Virus record (IMG/VR): IMGVR_UViG_3300014208_000019
Span: 1-39,365 of that record
Strand: one strand, 5' to 3'
From: a virus
Taxonomy: Duplodnaviria; Caudoviricetes
Length of the DNA: 39,365 bases
Position 1 is the first letter of the stretch, and each line of letters opens with the position of its first letter. The notes below the pieces were generated by a model, which saw nothing but the letters and a program-made list of their open reading frames with translations, was not told the origin of the DNA and did no database searches. Below, piece after piece: positions 18,039-27,795 of this stretch. The position numbers were made by a program, and so were the translations under genes.

Positions 18039-19050
18039 AGTGATAGGCACAACGCCGAACACTAAAAAAGAGGACGAAAAAAAAGACAAAGCGACACCGG
18101 CGGAGGTAACGACATCGGTGTCGGCGATAGAGGCAAAAGAAAACGAAGTCACTCCCGCGGAGAGTAAACAAATTCAGGTCATTACAAAATCCATTTTGGA
18201 TAAAACGAACGCCGACCCATACGCAACACTTACCCGACCGCAGATTGAACTCATTAAAAGATTGGTCGCAAAGGAAGCGAGCGACGACGAGTTGAAAATG
18301 TTTTTGAGTGTATGCCAAGGTACACAGCTCAATCCATTTTTGAAACAAGTACATTTCGTGAGCCGTTGGGATAGCCGAGAAGCGCGAAAGGTCGGAACGA
18401 TACAGGTCGGCATTGATGGTTTCAGGGCGATAGCAGAAAGTGGCGGACAATACGCGGGAAGCGATGACGCTGTTTTCAAAGACGAAGCCGAGCAACCTTT
18501 CAAGGTTGGAGCAAAAGGACACGAAGTGGAAAAGAAAATCAAAGTACCGGGAAGCGCGACCGTTACCGTTTACAAACTCCTCGGAGAGAAACGCTATCCA
18601 TTCACAGCAACAGCAAGGTGGGCGGAATACTTCCCCGGAGGAAACCAAGGGTATATGTGGCTCAAAATGCCGTACGGACAACTCGCAAAATGTGCGGAAA
18701 GTTTGGCTTTGAGAAAAGCATTCCCTAAACTTTTATCGGGACTTTACGCGCCGGAGGAAATGGCACAGGCGGGAGGAGCGGAAGAAAAACCGAAAGATGT
18801 TATCGCTTTTGAAAAAACGAAAAAGATTATCGCCGCAAATTCGGACGTAGCAGGATTGCAAGACGCAGGAAAAAAGATTGAAGCGTCCGCACTTTACAGC
18901 GACGAACAGAAAGAAACTTTGCGCGGTTTAATTACCGAGCGCATAGAGACGATAAAAAAAGAGCAAGCAAAAGCACTCGCCGAAAAAGAACAAAAAGAAA
19001 AAGAATTGGCGGAAGCCAACGAGGGATTGGAAGACGTAACACAACTCTAA
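18016..19050 (+). CDS. bet: Single-strand annealing recombinase (Bet/RecT family)
   Basis: ASDDELKMFL..C....LNPF.KQVHFV, IQVGIDGFRAIAE and W.KMP..QLAKCAESLALRKAFP. Confidence 0.9.
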   Translation: MQKSPKNKVIGTTPNTKKEDEKKDKATPAEVTTSVSAIEAKENEVTPAESKQIQVITKSILDKTNADPYATLTRPQIELIKRLVAKEASDDELKMFLSVCQGTQLNPFLKQVHFVSRWDSREARKVGTIQVGIDGFRAIAESGGQYAGSDDAVFKDEAEQPFKVGAKGHEVEKKIKVPGSATVTVYKLLGEKRYPFTATARWAEYFPGGNQGYMWLKMPYGQLAKCAESLALRKAFPKLLSGLYAPEEMAQAGGAEEKPKDVIAFEKTKKIIAANSDVAGLQDAGKKIEASALYSDEQKETLRGLITERIETIKKEQAKALAEKEQKEKELAEANEGLEDVTQL

Positions 19051-19051
19051 A

Positions 19052-19660
19052 ATGATACGCCCCAGACCTTATCTTTCGTGGACGCAGTTGAACACTTTGG
19101 AAACGTCCGAGGAGCTTTATATTCGCAGGTATATCCTAGACGAAAAAATGCGAGTTTCCCCCGGTATGGCTTTTGGCAAAACCGTTGCCGATAGTTTAGA
19201 GACGGGGGAAAGCACAGAGGATTTATTGACCGACCTTATTCTTATCAACCTTCCAAAATTAGAGCGCCGCGATAAAGAAGTGAGAACGATATTGAAATAC
19301 GCAGAGAAAGAAGTTCCTTTGCTTATAAAGCCGGACAGCGCCTCGTTTGATTACCGAGCCATATTGGAATACAAAACGGGAGCAATAGGAACGCCGTGGA
19401 CGCAAAAAATGGCGGACACAAACGGACAGCTTACTTTTTATGACGTGGGAGTTGAATGCTTTACAGGATACCCCGCGGAAGAATTGGAGCTGATCTGGTT
19501 ACCAACGACAATCCCGCCCGGAAAAATTATGCCGGAACTAACGGGAGAGATTAAAAGATTTCCGACAAAACGCACACACCTTGACCGCTTAAAAATGAAA
19601 ATACGAATGCTTAAAGCGTGGAAGCGTATCGGAGAGATAACAGAAAGAGAACTATTATGA
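19052..19660 (+). CDS. PD-(D/E)XK exonuclease, partner of Bet
   Basis: YLSWTQL, PD..ILEYKTG and QLTFY. Confidence 0.8.
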   Translation: MIRPRPYLSWTQLNTLETSEELYIRRYILDEKMRVSPGMAFGKTVADSLETGESTEDLLTDLILINLPKLERRDKEVRTILKYAEKEVPLLIKPDSASFDYRAILEYKTGAIGTPWTQKMADTNGQLTFYDVGVECFTGYPAEELELIWLPTTIPPGKIMPELTGEIKRFPTKRTHLDRLKMKIRMLKAWKRIGEITERELL

Positions 19661-19887
19661 AAAGCCAAAAAAACAAAACAGCACTATTTTTATTCGCCTT
19701 TTTCCTCGGACTTTTTGGAGCGCATAGATTTTACGCGCAAAGGGGCCCGACAGCAATTCTTTTGCTTTTACTCACGTTGAGTATGATTGGATTTCCTATC
19801 GCGTGCGTGTGGGTTTTGATTGATTTAATCATTATCCTTTCGGGGACGTTCAAAGACAAAGACGGACTGAGTATTTCAAACTGGTAA
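19657..19887 (+). CDS. TM2-domain membrane protein
   Basis: KNKTALFLFAFFLGLFGAHRFY signature. Confidence 0.85.
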   Translation: MKSQKNKTALFLFAFFLGLFGAHRFYAQRGPTAILLLLLTLSMIGFPIACVWVLIDLIIILSGTFKDKDGLSISNW

Positions 19888-19891
19888 AACT

Positions 19892-20299
19892 ATGGACTAC
19901 CGAGCCATAAAAACATTAAAGGGTATGGTGGAGGTTACGCTTCAAGAAGCGCCAGAAACAAGAAACAGCGACATAACTTTGACGATAGAAATTTGGAGAC
20001 GCTTTTTTCCGCAAGCCGTAAAGAAAGGGTCAAGCGGGAGAGAGGGAGTTTTGCTTTCTGATCTGTACCACCTACCGAGAGAAGACAACGTGAAACGTAT
20101 CCGAGCATACTTTCAAAACGACGAAAAAAAGTATTTTCCGACAGATTGGAAAATCGCATTTGCCCGCGGAATAGCCGAACAAGAATGGAAAATTGCTATG
20201 GGGTATGCGAAACCAACCGTGAAAGTATGCCGACAGCACGGCGACAAATTCAACCCGACGTGCGAAATTTGCAACCCTAACCAACAAAAACTTATATGA
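19892..20299 (+). CDS. Hypothetical protein
   Basis: PETRNSDITL...VKRIRAYFQN; gene tiling. Confidence 0.65.
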   Translation: MDYRAIKTLKGMVEVTLQEAPETRNSDITLTIEIWRRFFPQAVKKGSSGREGVLLSDLYHLPREDNVKRIRAYFQNDEKKYFPTDWKIAFARGIAEQEWKIAMGYAKPTVKVCRQHGDKFNPTCEICNPNQQKLI

Positions 20300-20544
20300 A
20301 CAAGGAAATGACCGTACAAAAATTACAAAGGATACTCGCAAATCCATTTTATTGCGTGAACATACACCCGATGATGTGTGAAGAACACGAACCTCTTATT
20401 GACGAAGAAATTTGGATAAAGTCCGCCATAAGAGGAATAGAAGAAAACGGAGCGGAACTTTTTTTGAAAAATCTTCTTGAAAATCTAAAAGGAAACTTTG
20501 TTGAAAACCCTAACGCTTCGGGGGTAGTAGACGGGTATAAATAA
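20296..20544 (+). CDS. Hypothetical protein
   Basis: ILANPFY..HEPLIDEEIW resembles a short segment of serine-recombinase DNA-binding domains; there is no catalytic domain. Confidence 0.55.
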   Translation: MNKEMTVQKLQRILANPFYCVNIHPMMCEEHEPLIDEEIWIKSAIRGIEENGAELFLKNLLENLKGNFVENPNASGVVDGYK

Positions 20545-20886
20545 ATGCGCCCCATACCAAAGAAAATGCGCGAGGAGATAGCGGGCGACCCCTTTATGAA
20601 AAGATGTTGCGTAACAGGGCGAACGAACGGAAAAATTGAGTGGCACCATAACCTCATATTCGCAGGGAGACAAGTAAACCAAACGTGGGCAATACTTCCT
20701 CTTTCGGAGGCGGTACATATCCAAGCCCGCCACACGGACGTGAAAGAGCGTTTGGATTGGATAATGCTGAACCGCGCAACGGACGAACAGTTGAGCGAGT
20801 ACAGCAAGGCGGAGGATTTAATAACTAAACGGCAGAAACTTAACCAAAAATTTGGTGAGTGGAAAAAAAATTGGTATGAACATTGA
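20545..20886 (+). CDS. HNH-like nuclease (putative)
   Basis: CCVTG..IEWHH..ILPL...VH. Confidence 0.5.
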   Translation: MRPIPKKMREEIAGDPFMKRCCVTGRTNGKIEWHHNLIFAGRQVNQTWAILPLSEAVHIQARHTDVKERLDWIMLNRATDEQLSEYSKAEDLITKRQKLNQKFGEWKKNWYEH

Positions 20887-21049
20887 GCAAAAACTTTTCG
20901 TAAAATTTTGCAAAAAGCAAAAAGGCGAGCCTATATTTTATCGGCACGCCGACACGAGGCAGAGGTCGGAAGAATACGCCTTGCGAAAGTGCAGGCGAGA
21001 CGCGAGGGTCGAAAAGCGTGGTGGCTTCCTAAAAACGCGTAAGCGATAA
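20876..21049 (+). CDS. Small basic hypothetical protein
   Basis: Fills the gap between neighbouring genes. Confidence 0.45.
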   Translation: MNIEQKLFVKFCKKQKGEPIFYRHADTRQRSEEYALRKCRRDARVEKRGGFLKTRKR

Positions 21050-21053
21050 AGAT

Positions 21054-21458
21054 ATGATTTTCAACTTCGTGATATTGGGAAACCCCGAAGACCCGAAAGG
21101 AAACCCCGTGCCTTATAAGAGGACGACGCAAGCGAGCAAGTGGTCGCCGGAGTATCAAAAATATGTGATGTGGAAAGCACACGTCCAAAAAGCATTTGCG
21201 AAGAAGCGCCTCGTATCGGAAAGACAAGCCGACAACCTCAATTTTCTGAAACACGGCAAACCGTTGGATTTCGGAAAGAAAAAAATAAACGTAACGGTTA
21301 TGATTTCGTTCGTGAACGACCACCACGGCGACCCGGATAATGTTTTGAAAGGAATAAACGACGCGCTTTTTGTGAACGATAAATATGTGGCGTGTTCCGT
21401 GGATTTTATCAGAGCAACCGACGGTCAGGGAATGGTCGCCGTAACCATAGAGGTATGA
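21054..21458 (+). CDS. rusA: RusA-like Holliday junction resolvase
   Basis: GNPVPYKR..DPDNVLKGINDAL..ND signature. Confidence 0.8.
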   Translation: MIFNFVILGNPEDPKGNPVPYKRTTQASKWSPEYQKYVMWKAHVQKAFAKKRLVSERQADNLNFLKHGKPLDFGKKKINVTVMISFVNDHHGDPDNVLKGINDALFVNDKYVACSVDFIRATDGQGMVAVTIEV

Positions 21459-22528
21459 AAAAATTAAAAGTTCTTTCACTTTTTGACGGAATAAGTTGCG
21501 CGAGGGTCGCCCTTGAAAAATTGGGGATTGATTGCAACGGCTCATATTTTGCGAGCGAGATTGACAAATACGCTTTGCAAGTATCGGAGAAAAATTTTCC
21601 CGATATAAAACAAATAGGAGACGTAAAAAGTTTGAAAGTAGAAAACGGCGGTATTGTTTGGAGCGGTGGCGGATTTAATTTTTCAACAAAAATTGATCTG
21701 CTTATCGGAGGAAGCCCCTGTCAGGATTTATCAATCGCAAAGACGAACCGCAAAGGATTGGCGGGAGAGCGAAGCGGTTTGTTTTATGAATACCTCCGAA
21801 TTTTGAAAGAGGTAAAGCCGAAATACTTTGTATTGGAAAACGTAGCGACAATGTCAAACGAGGCGCGCGATACCATAAGCGAATTGGTCGGAGTACAGCC
21901 GATAATGATTGACGCGGCGCTCGTTTCCGCACAGTCGCGCAAACGATATTTTTGGACGAATATCCCGGGCATTACGCTACCGTCAGACCGACGAATAATG
22001 TTGAAAGATATTATTGAGGGCGGAACGGTAGACCGAGAAAAGAGCCGAACGATAATGTCGTCAATCGGAAGAACGACACCGCGAGAATACTTTGCAAAAA
22101 ACCAAGGTCAAATGGTATACACCGCGCCCGTGCGCATAGGAAAAATTGCCGGAACGAAAGGGAGTATGGCTTCAAGGGTTTACAGCATAGAGGGTAAAAG
22201 CGTAACCCTATCGGCGAACGGAGGCGGAGGGGGGGGCAAAACAGGTTTATATGAAATCACGGGGGCCGCCAGACGAACGCGCCAAGGAGCGAAACAAACC
22301 GAAGTGAGGAAAGACGGCAAAGCAAACGCTATGACAACCGTGCAAACGGACAGTATGGCACTTATCGGAAAGTATGTGAGGAAACTTACGCCGAAAGAAT
22401 GCGAGCGCTTACAGTGCCTCCCAGACGACTACACGAGCGGATTGAGCGACAGCCAAAGATACAAAACACTCGGGAACGCTTTCAACGTGGCGGTGGTAAA
22501 GCATATCCTATCTTTTATAAAAATATGA
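21455..22528 (+). CDS. C5-cytosine DNA methyltransferase
   Basis: LSLFDGI (I), GGSPCQ (IV), LENV (VI), QSRKRYFW (VIII), ECERLQ and LGNAF (IX-X). Confidence 0.95.
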   Translation: MKKLKVLSLFDGISCARVALEKLGIDCNGSYFASEIDKYALQVSEKNFPDIKQIGDVKSLKVENGGIVWSGGGFNFSTKIDLLIGGSPCQDLSIAKTNRKGLAGERSGLFYEYLRILKEVKPKYFVLENVATMSNEARDTISELVGVQPIMIDAALVSAQSRKRYFWTNIPGITLPSDRRIMLKDIIEGGTVDREKSRTIMSSIGRTTPREYFAKNQGQMVYTAPVRIGKIAGTKGSMASRVYSIEGKSVTLSANGGGGGGKTGLYEITGAARRTRQGAKQTEVRKDGKANAMTTVQTDSMALIGKYVRKLTPKECERLQCLPDDYTSGLSDSQRYKTLGNAFNVAVVKHILSFIKI

Positions 22529-23013
22529 CAACACAAAAACACGAGAGAAAAATATACCCGAAGTTTCGGGCAAAAGTAAACGGAGGACGTTTGTATTTTG
22601 AGGACGAGGGACTTTTTAGCAAGGGGCTTTTTCCTTACGAGGGAAAAGAAGTTGACGTGATAGTGAAACCGCCAGTCAAAGACCGAAGTCCGCACGAGCA
22701 TAAATACTATTTCGCCGTTCCTATTCCGATGATTGCAGACGCAATGGGGACGAGTAAAGAAGACGCGCACGAACTTTTGACCCATATGTTTTTGAGAGAA
22801 TTTGAATGCCACAAAAACAGCGAGGGAAAAACCGTGAAATATACACGCACGCTTTCTATTACCGAATTGAGCGACAAGGCATTTCACGAATACGTTTTTG
22901 AACAGGTATTGCCGTGGGCGGCACTTCCGACATTGGACACGGGGCTTTCAAAAGAAAGCGGCCTTGAACTTTATATCCCGTCCCCTAACGAGGCGGACTT
23001 TTCCACCTATTAA
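22525..23013 (+). CDS. NinB-like protein (putative)
   Basis: RS...KYYFAV..IADAMG...HELL..MFL..SITELS..F..Y pattern. Confidence 0.5.
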   Translation: MTTQKHERKIYPKFRAKVNGGRLYFEDEGLFSKGLFPYEGKEVDVIVKPPVKDRSPHEHKYYFAVPIPMIADAMGTSKEDAHELLTHMFLREFECHKNSEGKTVKYTRTLSITELSDKAFHEYVFEQVLPWAALPTLDTGLSKESGLELYIPSPNEADFSTY

Positions 23014-23052
23014 CAAAAAAGCATTTTGCGATTATAATATATTCATATCGCT

Positions 23053-23778
23053 ATGAACAACACACTCCTAGCCGAATTATTACGGCGACCCGTGGCTTAT
23101 CACCCGGCGCTCGCACAAGCATTTGGGAGTATTGGTTTCGCGCTGATCTGGAGTCAACTTTTTTATTGGAAAGACAAAACACTTGACCCGGACGGTTGGA
23201 TTTACAAAAGCCACGTTGACTGGTTACGCGAAACAGGATTGAGCCGAAAAGAGCAAGAGACGGCCCGACGAATAGGAAAAGAACTTGGAATACTGGAAGA
23301 AAAGCTCTGTGGAAGACCGGCAACGCTTCACTATCGCTTGAATTGGGAGAAGACGTGCGAGATACTACAAAAGTACTCCGAGGGCATACCGACAGCGCCA
23401 CAGAGGGCGACACCGCCGACAAGAGAGAAGCCAGCGGAGCCATTACCTGAATGGTTGAACCCGAAAGCGTGGGACGTATGGTGCCGATACAGAAAAGAAA
23501 GCGGGAAGAAAATGACACCGACGACACAGAAAATGCAATGGAAGTTTTTGGAAGAACACAAAGAAACGCACTCGTTGATAATTAAGCAAAGCATAATGAA
23601 CGGGTGGCAAGGCCTTTTTGCTCTTAAAATACAATCAAACGACAAAGTGAGGAACGAACAAAAGAAAGAGGTACAACGCGAGGACGCGGAAATGCAAAAA
23701 GAAAATGCGAAGACAAACGACGCCCTGCGAAAATTAAGAGAGGAAGCGAATTTATTGGCAACACAAAAAAGAGTATGA
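23053..23778 (+). CDS. Phage replication initiator (N-terminal winged HTH)
   Basis: RPVAYHP.LA, SQLFYW, GWIYKS..W..ETGLSR.EQETAR; C-terminal LPEWL..W..YRKE..SIMNGWQGLF. Confidence 0.8.
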   Translation: MNNTLLAELLRRPVAYHPALAQAFGSIGFALIWSQLFYWKDKTLDPDGWIYKSHVDWLRETGLSRKEQETARRIGKELGILEEKLCGRPATLHYRLNWEKTCEILQKYSEGIPTAPQRATPPTREKPAEPLPEWLNPKAWDVWCRYRKESGKKMTPTTQKMQWKFLEEHKETHSLIIKQSIMNGWQGLFALKIQSNDKVRNEQKKEVQREDAEMQKENAKTNDALRKLREEANLLATQKRV

Positions 23779-23960
23779 TAAAAGATACAACATCGTCTCA
23801 AAAAATTGCGAAACGCGCACGCAAGTATTTCCGAAAGGAAACGAGGAACGAAGCGCGGGAAATGGGTCGTATGATTGGAAACGCTATGAAACCAAAACCG
23901 AGATTTCTTCCGTGGTTTGTGTGGATGGCGATTGTAAAAATAGTTATTAAAACAAAATGA
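23775..23960 (+). CDS. Small basic hypothetical protein
   Basis: ATGA overlaps at both ends. Confidence 0.6.
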   Translation: MIKDTTSSQKIAKRARKYFRKETRNEAREMGRMIGNAMKPKPRFLPWFVWMAIVKIVIKTK

Positions 23961-25678
23961 AAAAACTTTATCACGCGACCCGTTTTATTACGGTAGACGG
24001 ACATACTTATAACCCCGGAGAGCTAGTCAGGTCAGACAATGATCTGCCGGGATTGGTTAGAGCAGACATTGAACAAATGCCTGTTCAACAAAAAAAAAGT
24101 TGCCGACAAAATGAGGAGGCAGGGGCGCCACGCCCGGAGATTTCTGTTATCATTACTTTTCATAATCAAGCAAAATTTGTCAAAGATTGTTTGGAGGGTT
24201 TTATCCGACAGACGGTCAAGGTGGCTTATGAGATTATTGCGGTGGTAGATAATAGCACGGAGGACGAAGTCCGATATATAAAAGAAAACTATCCGCAAGT
24301 CAAAGTCGTGGAAGTCGGATTTGGAAACGCAAACAAAGCGAGAAACGCGGGGATACATTATGCGATAGGAAACTATATCACTTTTTTTGACGGCGACGAC
24401 TACCCTTTTCCTTTGTATTTGGAAAAATTAAAAACAACGCTTGACGAACACACCGAAAAAGATTTTGCATACGCTAGATTTGAACACGAACTTTACGGAA
24501 CGGAAAAAGGAAAACTCCCCCGCTGTAACATTTTTGAATGGAGCGAAACGTGGGCGGACTACTCCCCTATTACGAACACCCCCGTAATGGTACGGCGCCA
24601 CCTTTGCCCCGCGTGGGACGAGCGTTTGGAAATAATGCAAGACGCAGGATTTTGCCTCGCCTTAAAAAACAAAGGGCTTGTGGGTATTCATATCAGAGAA
24701 GTTTTATGGCATTACCGACACCACGGAGCGAGTATTTGGAATACACCGAACACAAACATCAAGAAAGATTTTGCCCGGGAAATTTTGAAAAAGGAATATG
24801 GAATGAAAGAGGCAAACGCGAAAGTAACTTTTTGCTCTTTGATTTCACGGGACGTTGTTTTGGACGAATACTTTGCACAGATAGAACACCTCGGGCTACC
24901 AACCGAAACGCATTGGTTCATAATTGTAGACGCGAGCAGTGAGCAATTTGTGGAAAAAGTGAAAGGGTATCAAAAACGATACGAGAAACATTTTCTTTCA
25001 AGCCGTATGTTTGTAACGGGAGGAGGCGAGCTTCCTTACAGCCGAGATTTTGAAGAAAGAGGTTTGCATATTGGAAACTTTATCCATATGTTTATAAACC
25101 AAGCGGCGCAGAAGTGGGGCGGATCTGAATATCTTTTTATGGTAGAAGACGATACACTCGTGCCAGATAATTCATACAAAAAACTTTTGCCGACAATGGA
25201 GGCACACAAAGAGGCGGCCTATGTTTCGGGAATAGAATGCGGGCGAGGATTTACCAAACACACCGGGATTTGTTGGCTTGAAGAAGACGAAAACGAACAG
25301 GTGGTGCGCCGAATAATTCCGAAAATGCGCCGAAAAGGTTTGAGATATATACAAGGCGGAGGGTGGTATTGTTGGATTGGAAGAATAGCACACCTTAAAC
25401 ACTTTGTGGAAAGATTTCCGATGAAAGCGATTGACGGAAAAATGCTCGGGCCCGACGTTCTTATGGTGTACGATATGTCGCTTATCGGAATGAAAAGCAT
25501 TTGCGACCTTTCCGTTCAGTGTAAACATTACGACGAAAGACGAAAGGTTTGGCTTGACGCGGAGATTGGGAAAGGTTACGACATCAAATATCACAAAGAA
25601 GAACAGAGTTGGAAAATGACTTTGTCGGATATTACCGACGGAGTAGACGAAGAATTTCATAAAAAAAATACTGTATGA
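23957..25678 (+). CDS. Glycosyltransferase, GT2/GT-A, probably two GT-A domains
   Basis: ISVIITFHN, ARNAGI, FFDGDD; second domain with YLFMVEDDT, GGGWYC and GPDV. Confidence 0.85.
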   Translation: MKKLYHATRFITVDGHTYNPGELVRSDNDLPGLVRADIEQMPVQQKKSCRQNEEAGAPRPEISVIITFHNQAKFVKDCLEGFIRQTVKVAYEIIAVVDNSTEDEVRYIKENYPQVKVVEVGFGNANKARNAGIHYAIGNYITFFDGDDYPFPLYLEKLKTTLDEHTEKDFAYARFEHELYGTEKGKLPRCNIFEWSETWADYSPITNTPVMVRRHLCPAWDERLEIMQDAGFCLALKNKGLVGIHIREVLWHYRHHGASIWNTPNTNIKKDFAREILKKEYGMKEANAKVTFCSLISRDVVLDEYFAQIEHLGLPTETHWFIIVDASSEQFVEKVKGYQKRYEKHFLSSRMFVTGGGELPYSRDFEERGLHIGNFIHMFINQAAQKWGGSEYLFMVEDDTLVPDNSYKKLLPTMEAHKEAAYVSGIECGRGFTKHTGICWLEEDENEQVVRRIIPKMRRKGLRYIQGGGWYCWIGRIAHLKHFVERFPMKAIDGKMLGPDVLMVYDMSLIGMKSICDLSVQCKHYDERRKVWLDAEIGKGYDIKYHKEEQSWKMTLSDITDGVDEEFHKKNTV

Positions 25679-26184
25679 ATTTCAAAATAAACAATAAAAA
25701 TTTGGGAGAGTGGGCAATAAGCCGAGAACTCCTGAATGAAGCGAGCAAACTTATACCGCCAAACGGAACGATACTTGAACTTGGAGCCGGAACGGGAACG
25801 CTTGAGCTTCGGAAATTCGCGCAGGTAATAAGCATAGAGAGCGACGAAAAATATCTCCCGCCACCGGGCGAACCTTACGCACACCCCGTTTGTTTGATAC
25901 CAATAGACCCACAAACGGAATGGTACGACAGAGAGAAAATGGCTCATATCGCAAAAGAGAAAGTTGATCTGATAATTGTTGACGGCCCCGCAAGAACAGG
26001 GCGACTTGGTTTCTTTCATAACTTTGATTTGTTTTACCAAAAGGCGGCGATAATCATTGACGACACGCACCGAACAGAAAATTTGGTTATGTGCGAAATG
26101 ATAAAACGAGCCACGGGCAGAGCATACGAAGTGAAAAAAACAGACGGACGAAGAACTTTTGCAGTATTCAAAAAAGTGTTATAA
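25675..26184 (+). CDS. Class I SAM-dependent methyltransferase (small-molecule/sugar type)
   Basis: ILELGAGTGT, ISIESD, DLIIVDGP and IIIDD. Confidence 0.8.
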   Translation: MNFKINNKNLGEWAISRELLNEASKLIPPNGTILELGAGTGTLELRKFAQVISIESDEKYLPPPGEPYAHPVCLIPIDPQTEWYDREKMAHIAKEKVDLIIVDGPARTGRLGFFHNFDLFYQKAAIIIDDTHRTENLVMCEMIKRATGRAYEVKKTDGRRTFAVFKKVL

Positions 26185-26197
26185 TAAAAGTATAAAA
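26176..26197 (+). promoter_or_regulatory. Extended -10 promoter motif GTGTTATAATAAAAGTATAAAA
   Basis: Identical to 2243-2264. Confidence 0.7.
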
Positions 26198-26207
26198 ACA
26201 ACACGAT

Positions 26208-26603
26208 ATGAACAATGTGAATGCGTGGCTTATGGGGGAAAAAATTGAAGAGCGCTACCCTTTTATGAGCCACGGCGAGGACTGTTTTATTTCAAGGGTC
26301 GCCGTAATAGACCACCGCGCACCGATACAACTCGGCAACCGAGTAACGATATGCGACAGAGTAAAAATGCTGACGCACGATTACTCGCCCGTAATGCACG
26401 GAGGAAAAGAAAAAGTGGCGGGTATTGATATTGGGGACAGAGTTTTCATTGGCATAGACGCGATAATTTTGCCCGGAGTAAAAATTGGGAGCGACGTAAC
26501 CGTCGGAGCGGGCGCAGTCGTTTCAAAGGATTTACCCTCGGGCGCGATATACGCGGGAAACCCCGCGCAAGAAATTAAAAAAATAACGTACAACACACTA
26601 TGA
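26208..26603 (+). CDS. Hexapeptide-repeat (LbH) O-acyltransferase
   Basis: LTHD, IGDRVFIG..AIILPGVKIG..VGAGAVVSKD..AGNPA. Confidence 0.9.
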   Translation: MNNVNAWLMGEKIEERYPFMSHGEDCFISRVAVIDHRAPIQLGNRVTICDRVKMLTHDYSPVMHGGKEKVAGIDIGDRVFIGIDAIILPGVKIGSDVTVGAGAVVSKDLPSGAIYAGNPAQEIKKITYNTL

Positions 26604-27466
26604 AAATTGGAATAATTGGAGCGGGAATTTTGGGAAAGACACACGCCGATTGGCTTTTGAAAAATACCGCAAACGAAGTTTTGATTTACGATATTGACGA
26701 GCGCAAAAGCAACACGACAAAGGAAGCGATTTTGAAATTCGCTGACGTCTTTATGCTTTGCGTACCAACCGACCAAGCGAAGCCCGGAAGTATGAACGAG
26801 GGACGTTTGGAAGTTTCAACGCTTTACAATCTTGTCGCAGAGATAGACGCGACCGCGAAAAAATACGACAAACGACCGACCGTCTTTATTCGCTCAACCG
26901 TACCCGTCGGATATACGCGAAGAATGAGCGAAAGTCATTTGAACATTGACCTCTATTTTGTCCCGGAGTTTTTGACCGAGAAAGTAGCCGTGAGCGATTT
27001 TGCGAAAGGTATTGAAATTATCGGAACGGCAACGGGAGGAAAAGCACAAAACGAAATTGCCGTGCTTATGGCAAAAGTTTTGGAAGGAAAGTTTTTCCCA
27101 TTGCGCCCGAATAAAATGTTTTCCGTATTACAATACGAAGAAGCGGAATTGGTAAAGCTCGCGACAAATTCTTTCTATGCGTTGAAAGTTACTTTTGCAA
27201 ATGAGCTTTCAGAATTTTGCGAGAAAAAAAATATCCATTACCATTGCGTAAAAAGAATGCTTGCGGAAAACCCACGTATTGGTTCAGAGGACGGAGACGA
27301 CCAAGGCAAAGAGGTACACCTCCGAATTTCACAAGACGGAAAAAAAGGATATGGCGGAAAATGTTTACCAAAGGACAGCGAGGAACTTGCGAACGAATAT
27401 GCGGACGCGGGAATAAAACTTGGTTTGCTTAAAAAGGTCGTGGAGATAAACAAAAAAATACGATAA
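26600..27466 (+). CDS. UDP-glucose/GDP-mannose dehydrogenase family, lacking the C-terminal domain
   Basis: GIIGAGILG, CVPT, RSTVPVG, PEFL, AELVKLATN..KVTFANE and GYGGKCLPKD. Confidence 0.9.
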   Translation: MKIGIIGAGILGKTHADWLLKNTANEVLIYDIDERKSNTTKEAILKFADVFMLCVPTDQAKPGSMNEGRLEVSTLYNLVAEIDATAKKYDKRPTVFIRSTVPVGYTRRMSESHLNIDLYFVPEFLTEKVAVSDFAKGIEIIGTATGGKAQNEIAVLMAKVLEGKFFPLRPNKMFSVLQYEEAELVKLATNSFYALKVTFANELSEFCEKKNIHYHCVKRMLAENPRIGSEDGDDQGKEVHLRISQDGKKGYGGKCLPKDSEELANEYADAGIKLGLLKKVVEINKKIR

Positions 27467-27795
27467 TGAAAATAAAGATTTCAATTTTAGGAGCGATAAT
27501 TTACACGGTTGCAATAGCGACTGGCGCCGTTTATTTTCGGGGAAAGAGTATCACATCACCAACGGCTATGACGATTATCCCGTGGAACGACGGAGAACTA
27601 GCCACAACGACCGCACAGGTTGGAAGAGGACTTGCAGACCTTATCTCACAATGTGCAAAGCATAGAGGCGTTACGAGCTTGGAGGGGCAACAAGACCCAT
27701 ACCTGACGTGCGACCTCGGAGACGGCAAAGAATTATATAAATATAACGACTGGGAGTGGCAACTTCTTGTCCCTAAAAATTTGCAACGCATATGA
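27466..27795 (+). CDS. Membrane-anchored/secreted hypothetical protein
   Basis: N-terminal hydrophobic segment. Confidence 0.6.
   Translation: MKIKISILGAIIYTVAIATGAVYFRGKSITSPTAMTIIPWNDGELATTTAQVGRGLADLISQCAKHRGVTSLEGQQDPYLTCDLGDGKELYKYNDWEWQLLVPKNLQRI

Noticed and set aside
20296-20544. Serine integrase
   Set aside because: Only 82 aa with a faint recombinase-domain resemblance; no catalytic domain or att site was seen.
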